Source: the human T2T-CHM13v2.0 reference genome, Homo sapiens. From it: DNA of 64,000 bases. The DNA lies in NCBI RefSeq assembly GCF_009914755.1, contig NC_060935.1; one strand, given 5' to 3'. Positions 59,161 to 64,000 of this stretch are shown piece after piece; within the stretch, counting starts at the first letter, position 1; each line of letters begins with the position of its first letter. The translations under genes and the position numbers were made by a program. The notes under the pieces are model-generated. The model searched no databases and had not been told where the DNA came from. It worked only from the letters and a program-made list of their open reading frames with translations.

Positions 59161-61534
59161 TTGAGGTTTCATGTAAATGTAACATGTATCCTTCCTAAGG
59201 CCTGTAAAAAAAAAAAGTCCAACGGAGGTGTAATACAAATGTATCCAATTCTGCCCCGGAGCCATGGAGAAAGCCCAGTAAGGGGTTTCATTCAAGACCC
59301 TCTGTCTATAGTGAGGGAGATGGTGGGGCTTGCTCTCTCTGGAAGCTTTTTGAATGACTGATGTTGCTGAGGCATCTAATTTAAACTTACTTGGATTTAT
59401 CTGGCCTAAGGGAGTTGCTGAAATCTTTTAACTGGCAAGGTGGGAATTAACTATTAAAGAATGATAGAAAAATCAGTCAGGTGTCTTGCCTGAGAGGCAC
59501 CAGGGCTTCAAGCTGGTGAAGGGAGAAGCATCAGTCATGGCTCTTAGAGTACATTCCTTAGGGCCCCTACTCCTTCCGACGGCCTAATCAGAAAGCAGTA
59601 GACTTCCTACCTTAGAGGGACTATTAGAGTGACTGCAGCCATCAATGGACTGGTGCTCTGTGCTTTGACAGATCTGATCTCAAGTCACCTTCCCACTGCC
59701 CTTTCCTTAAGATGCAGGTACTGTGTAATTGGAATAAAACAGCCCAGTCTACAAGACCTGCTCCACTTTGAGATCAGACCATATCTCTGAAAGGGCTTTT
59801 GGGAAATTTTGGAACTGCCCCATCCATTAGCTGTCTATGACTTTACATGCTTGGCTGATTCAAATCTCCTCTTCAAGTACCACCCCCATGTCTGCTGTCG
59901 ACTCTCATTGAATTGGCTTTTCTGTCCAAGCATTTCAGTAATGATTCTAACTCTGGTGCTTTCTAACTTAGCCTTTTTTCCTCAATAAAAGAACCCAACT
60001 TTCCCACTAAGTGCTGCTAGAGAGATTTCGATTCAGTAAGCAAATGTGGGTCCAGATTTCTACATTTTTGACAAATGCTTTACCTTATCATGATGCAGCT
60101 ATTCACAAAACAACTGCCCTAGACTGCAAATCACATATAGATAAGTATCAGGCCTGTTTTTTTTAATTTTAATTTTTATTTTTTTGCCACCATGATCCAA
60201 TGTCTAACACAGTGCTTCTTACAAAGAAGAGACTCAGTATATGTTTACTGAGACCCTGAATGAGTGGGGGAATGAACACACCGGCTGCAGAGCTCTCTGC
60301 CACTTCTCAGATCTTACATATTAGAGATCCTAGCCTGAAACTAATTGAAGTTTCAGACCTATCTGTGTATATCTAGTAAAATGAATGGATAGACATTTAG
60401 AATTTGGTTGGCTTAGGATGCTTTTGTCAATGTGAGAAGAGAGCGATGGTCAATTCTTGCCTAAAAGGAAGAAACAGTAAAGGGCAAGGGGCAGTGAACC
60501 AGGCCTGTGGTCAGCGGGGTCTGAAAGAGAAGGCGAAAGTGCTGTTTGTATAATGGGCATAAGCAAAAGGTGAGAAAGAGGAAAGAAACCCTTAGTTTTC
60601 TGCAGTAGTTAGCGTGACTCCATAAGAGGAAAACTGCAGCGAACGTAGGTTACTTCAGCATCACGCAATTAAAAGTTGGAAACATCAGAGATTAGCAACT
60701 TGGGAATGAACATAAATGAGATAATAGATAACAACAGTAGTAGTGGTAGCAATGAGATACAAAATGGCCAAGCAAAGTTAGGCAATGATATCAGGCAAGA
60801 GTAACATAATAGAGGATTCCCCCAGGAGACCCTTAAGGCAATTCATTGGGGATTTTTGGTGGACTTCAGTTAATCAAATAGGGGTCATGTCATTAACCTG
60901 AGTTAATCAAATAGGGGTCATGTCATGATTTATGTGTTTTATTGTACAGCATCATTAGCATTCGTAGCAGGTGTGGCCTGGTAATATGTGGGTTATGTAT
61001 GTAGTCATTGGAGAACAACTATCTCTCTCACTTTCCTTGACTTCTTCAACTATTGCCGTTTCAATCTCCACTCAGTAGCTCATGAGCTTAGTTTAAGTAG
61101 TAAATGTGCAAAAATCCCTACGTATCTTATATATACATACTCATTTTCCCACATATACCCCTAAGTCTTCAAGATTTAGGGAGAGGTCTACAGTTCTATG
61201 TCAGGCTCCCCCCAACAGTCTTCAGGACTGTAAAAATTCCTTCAGTCAATCTGCTCATTTGTTTCTATGCTATAAATAGTTTTCTGCAAACCACAGTGTT
61301 TTGTTAATCTCCTGGGTAGGAGGGAATAAAAATCATAGCATTGTGACGTTTTGAGGCATAAAAACAAAAGAAATTTTACTAATCAGTCTCAGTGCTACAG
61401 TCTCTATGGGTACTTATTTTTCTCAATTCAGGTTTTAGAGTAGGCACATAGCTAGGAATCGTATTATTACTTAACATTACTACCACTTGCAGTTGTCTTC
61501 AGAAACAGCTTGTTTGATTGCCTCCTTTTCGCCC

Positions 61535-62022
61535 TGTTAGAGAGAGGGCTGTCCACCTGACTCCCAACACTGATGAGATCGAGAATAGTTTATTAGTCTT
61601 TTAAACTCATAGCCCAGGAAAGCTGGACACCATATGCCATACAAGGCCACACACAGGGAGTTACACTCAGGAACACAGAGAACAATCAGGGGCTGTGGGA
61701 GGCAAACTTTATAGTAACAAGGGGATGAGATGACCCCTGCTTCCCATGAGAGGATGTGAGTGACTTATTTGAATCATTCTGCAGTGAAAAACCCACTACT
61801 CAGTGATAAGCAGCCACTGTACATGGTCTATACATGATCTATGTTGATAAAGAGACTACACATCGTCTCTGTGATAAAGAAAGTTGATTGGTTAGGGAAC
61901 CTTATCTGCAGGAATAGAGTTAAGGAGAAGAGCTTGCAGTTAGGCCATTTGAGAGACTCTTAGTTTCAGATGTCAAGGCAGCATGTAACATCGAAACTTT
62001 ATTTCAGGCCTTGCGCCATACA
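61535..62022 (-). mobile_element. MER54-like ERVL solo LTR
   Basis: The reverse complement begins tgtatggcgcaaggcctgaaataaag...gctgccttgacatctg...aatggcctaactgcaag...gataaggttccctaacc; termini TG...CA. Confidence 0.7.
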
Positions 62023-63194
62023 GTTGACATTTAACGAATGCTTACTCTGTTACATGCTGGTAAAGAGCTACAAAGAGATTTCTCATTTTGTCTCTACATT
62101 TTTCCCCACAGCAACACTATACCTATGAGAAAGTGCTATGAATTCTCTCCTTTTTCACACATGTGGCAATGGTATTTAAGCTCCCACAGTTAGGGATAGA
62201 GCCAAGATTGGAGGCCCTTCTGAATGCTATGTGCATTGCCTTCTATTAATATCAATAATTGTGCCAAGTTCATTAGGGCTTTTAAATACAAATTTAATTT
62301 TAGGATCCTTGAATTTTAGAAGTATAATGGGTCACAGAGATCTCAGTTTACCCTGGGAAAATTAAATACATACATCTTTTGAAATGGAAAATTAGGACAA
62401 GATGTAGAATAAAGCCATCATAGACCAAAATTGAGCTAATGTTAATTAAATGCATGTATTTTTTAAGGACCTAGGGAGTAGTGATATTGCCAACATGAAA
62501 ATCACATGAACTGTCAAGAAGATGTCCTACAAGGCAATTAAGATGCACCTAGATGGTACACTTTAAGATTTACGTAGCTCAAGCTTTGCTGACCTCAACC
62601 ATCTATGGTATCAATGCAGTCACATTAATATGAATAACCCATGTTTACGTATCTCTTGTTCCCATTTATTTAGTCATCTGTAAAAACAATTTCCCCAAAT
62701 ACTCATGATATTACTCAGGGGATGTCTCAAGTGTTTTCATGAACAAATCTTCTTTGTCAGAGTAGTTTATTGAGCACTACTTCCCCTGCCATTTAGTCCC
62801 GGGTTTCCTGCATTCACCTACAAGGGACTAACCTTCTGTCAGAACCTAAGTCACTCCTTGCTGAGCACTTCCTCATTTCTGCTGCTTCTCCAAGCAGAAC
62901 ACCAGTGATTCTCTAGTCCAAAGTGTTCCCTAGCTGCTATGCGAGGTGTGCGAATAGGGGAAGAAAACGACCCTATTTTTTTAGATTTTATTCATTTGGG
63001 ATGATTCTAGATTGGTACCATTTCTTTAAGTTTGTCATGAAGTGAATCTAATGGCTGGTTTCTGTTGTTTCTGTTTCTTGTCCTTTCTTAAGAGGGTAGG
63101 TGCTTCTTTTATGTTTTCTTTATAATCAAAAGTCAAAAGAAATGACTCCTTCTAAATTCAGGTTTCCACCAGGGTCTCCTAGCCTCACTACTTA

Positions 63195-63440
63195 AAAAAA
63201 ACGAGGTATAATTTTCATAAAGTAAAATCCACTTTTTGGTGCAAGGTTCTGGGAGCTCTGACAAGTACATACAGTCATGTAGCCGACATCATGATCAAGG
63301 TATAGAACAAGTTCATCATCTTCAAAAATTCCCTTGTTCTCCCCTCATTCATCTTCAGCCTCTGGCAGTTACTAATCTGTGTTCTGTCGGTATATTCTTT
63401 CTTTCTTTGAATGTCATATAAATATGCATTCTGGTCAAAA
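63195..63440 (-). mobile_element. L1MB/MC 3' end fragment
   Basis: gaggtataattttcata...gatcaaggtatagaac...ctctggcagttactaatctg...gaatgtcatataaat. Confidence 0.75.
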
Positions 63441-63466
63441 ATATATATATTTGTTTTTATTTGTGA

Positions 63467-63575
63467 CAAAGTTGAATATGGTCCCCATTTGTCTGGGACT
63501 ATTTCAGTTTATGCATAATTATCAATAAAAACCACTTTTATTCTCAGGTGTTTTTCAATCTGGATAATAAATTAG
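63467..63575 (+). mobile_element. MER94-like hAT MITE
   Basis: tttgtctgggactatttcagtttatg...ttctcaggtgtt...tggataataaatta. Confidence 0.5.
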
Positions 63576-63603
63576 AGGATTCTGCTATTTATTGTAGTAT
63601 GCA

Positions 63604-63604
<1 letters not shown>

Positions 63605-63639
<35 letters not shown>
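63605..63639. repeat. (CA)n microsatellite
   Basis: Directly visible. Confidence 0.95.
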
Positions 63640-63640
<1 letters not shown>

Positions 63641-64000
63641 CTCCATGGAGGATGGGTTTGAGGCCACATGTCAGAAAAAAAATAAATCGCCACCCTTTTC
63701 TCAACTATTTCCCTAATCCCTTCATCTTCACACAAAAAAGAAGAATAAACACAGACAACTCAGCAAATTGGAATCTTTAACTTTTGAATACAGTTATTTT
63801 TCCCAACTTGATTTTCAAGTGCACGACCCGGTAACACTGGCTATCCAGATATTTAGCAAATAATCCAGATAAGATACATATACATAAATGCATCACATTT
63901 CATAACTTAAAAATTGCTGCTATAATATGCTAATTTTCCTAATATATGAATATATAAAGAGCTTGTCACTGGAAGTGTCCGTACATAGGCAGGTCAACCA

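Noticed and set aside
59170-60010. GC-richer block ending in aataaa, a possible old LTR or terminal exon
   Set aside because: I could not define termini, a TSD, splice sites or a family from the sequence alone.

Overview
Primate (most likely human or hominid) non-coding genomic DNA, AT-rich and dominated by interspersed repeats: Alu, L1, L2, L3, MIR, MaLR/ERVL/ERV1 LTRs and DNA-transposon relics. I found no protein-coding exon, RNA gene or CpG-island promoter that I can support. The ORFs I could assign come from Alu, L1, LTRs or microsatellites, and the rest look like chance ORFs. The notable content is a set of well-preserved retrotransposition and DNA-repair footprints. (1) A young L1PA2-type insertion carries a ~360-bp 3' transduction with its own second poly(A) tail and is flanked by a perfect 55-bp target-site duplication (22786-23658). 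(2) A twin-primed, 5'-inverted L1 (13659-14862). (3) A solo LTR10F-type LTR with a tandem AP-1 motif array, nested in MER47A (27804-28341). (4) An old L1 with both ends present, two large ORF2 deletions and a templated fold-back junction. (5) A tail-less Alu with a perfect TSD. (6) An internal L1 fragment with no tail or TSD, resembling an endonuclease-independent insertion. I see no evidence of a new multi-gene system. Subfamily names come from remembered consensus motifs and need RepeatMasker/Dfam confirmation.
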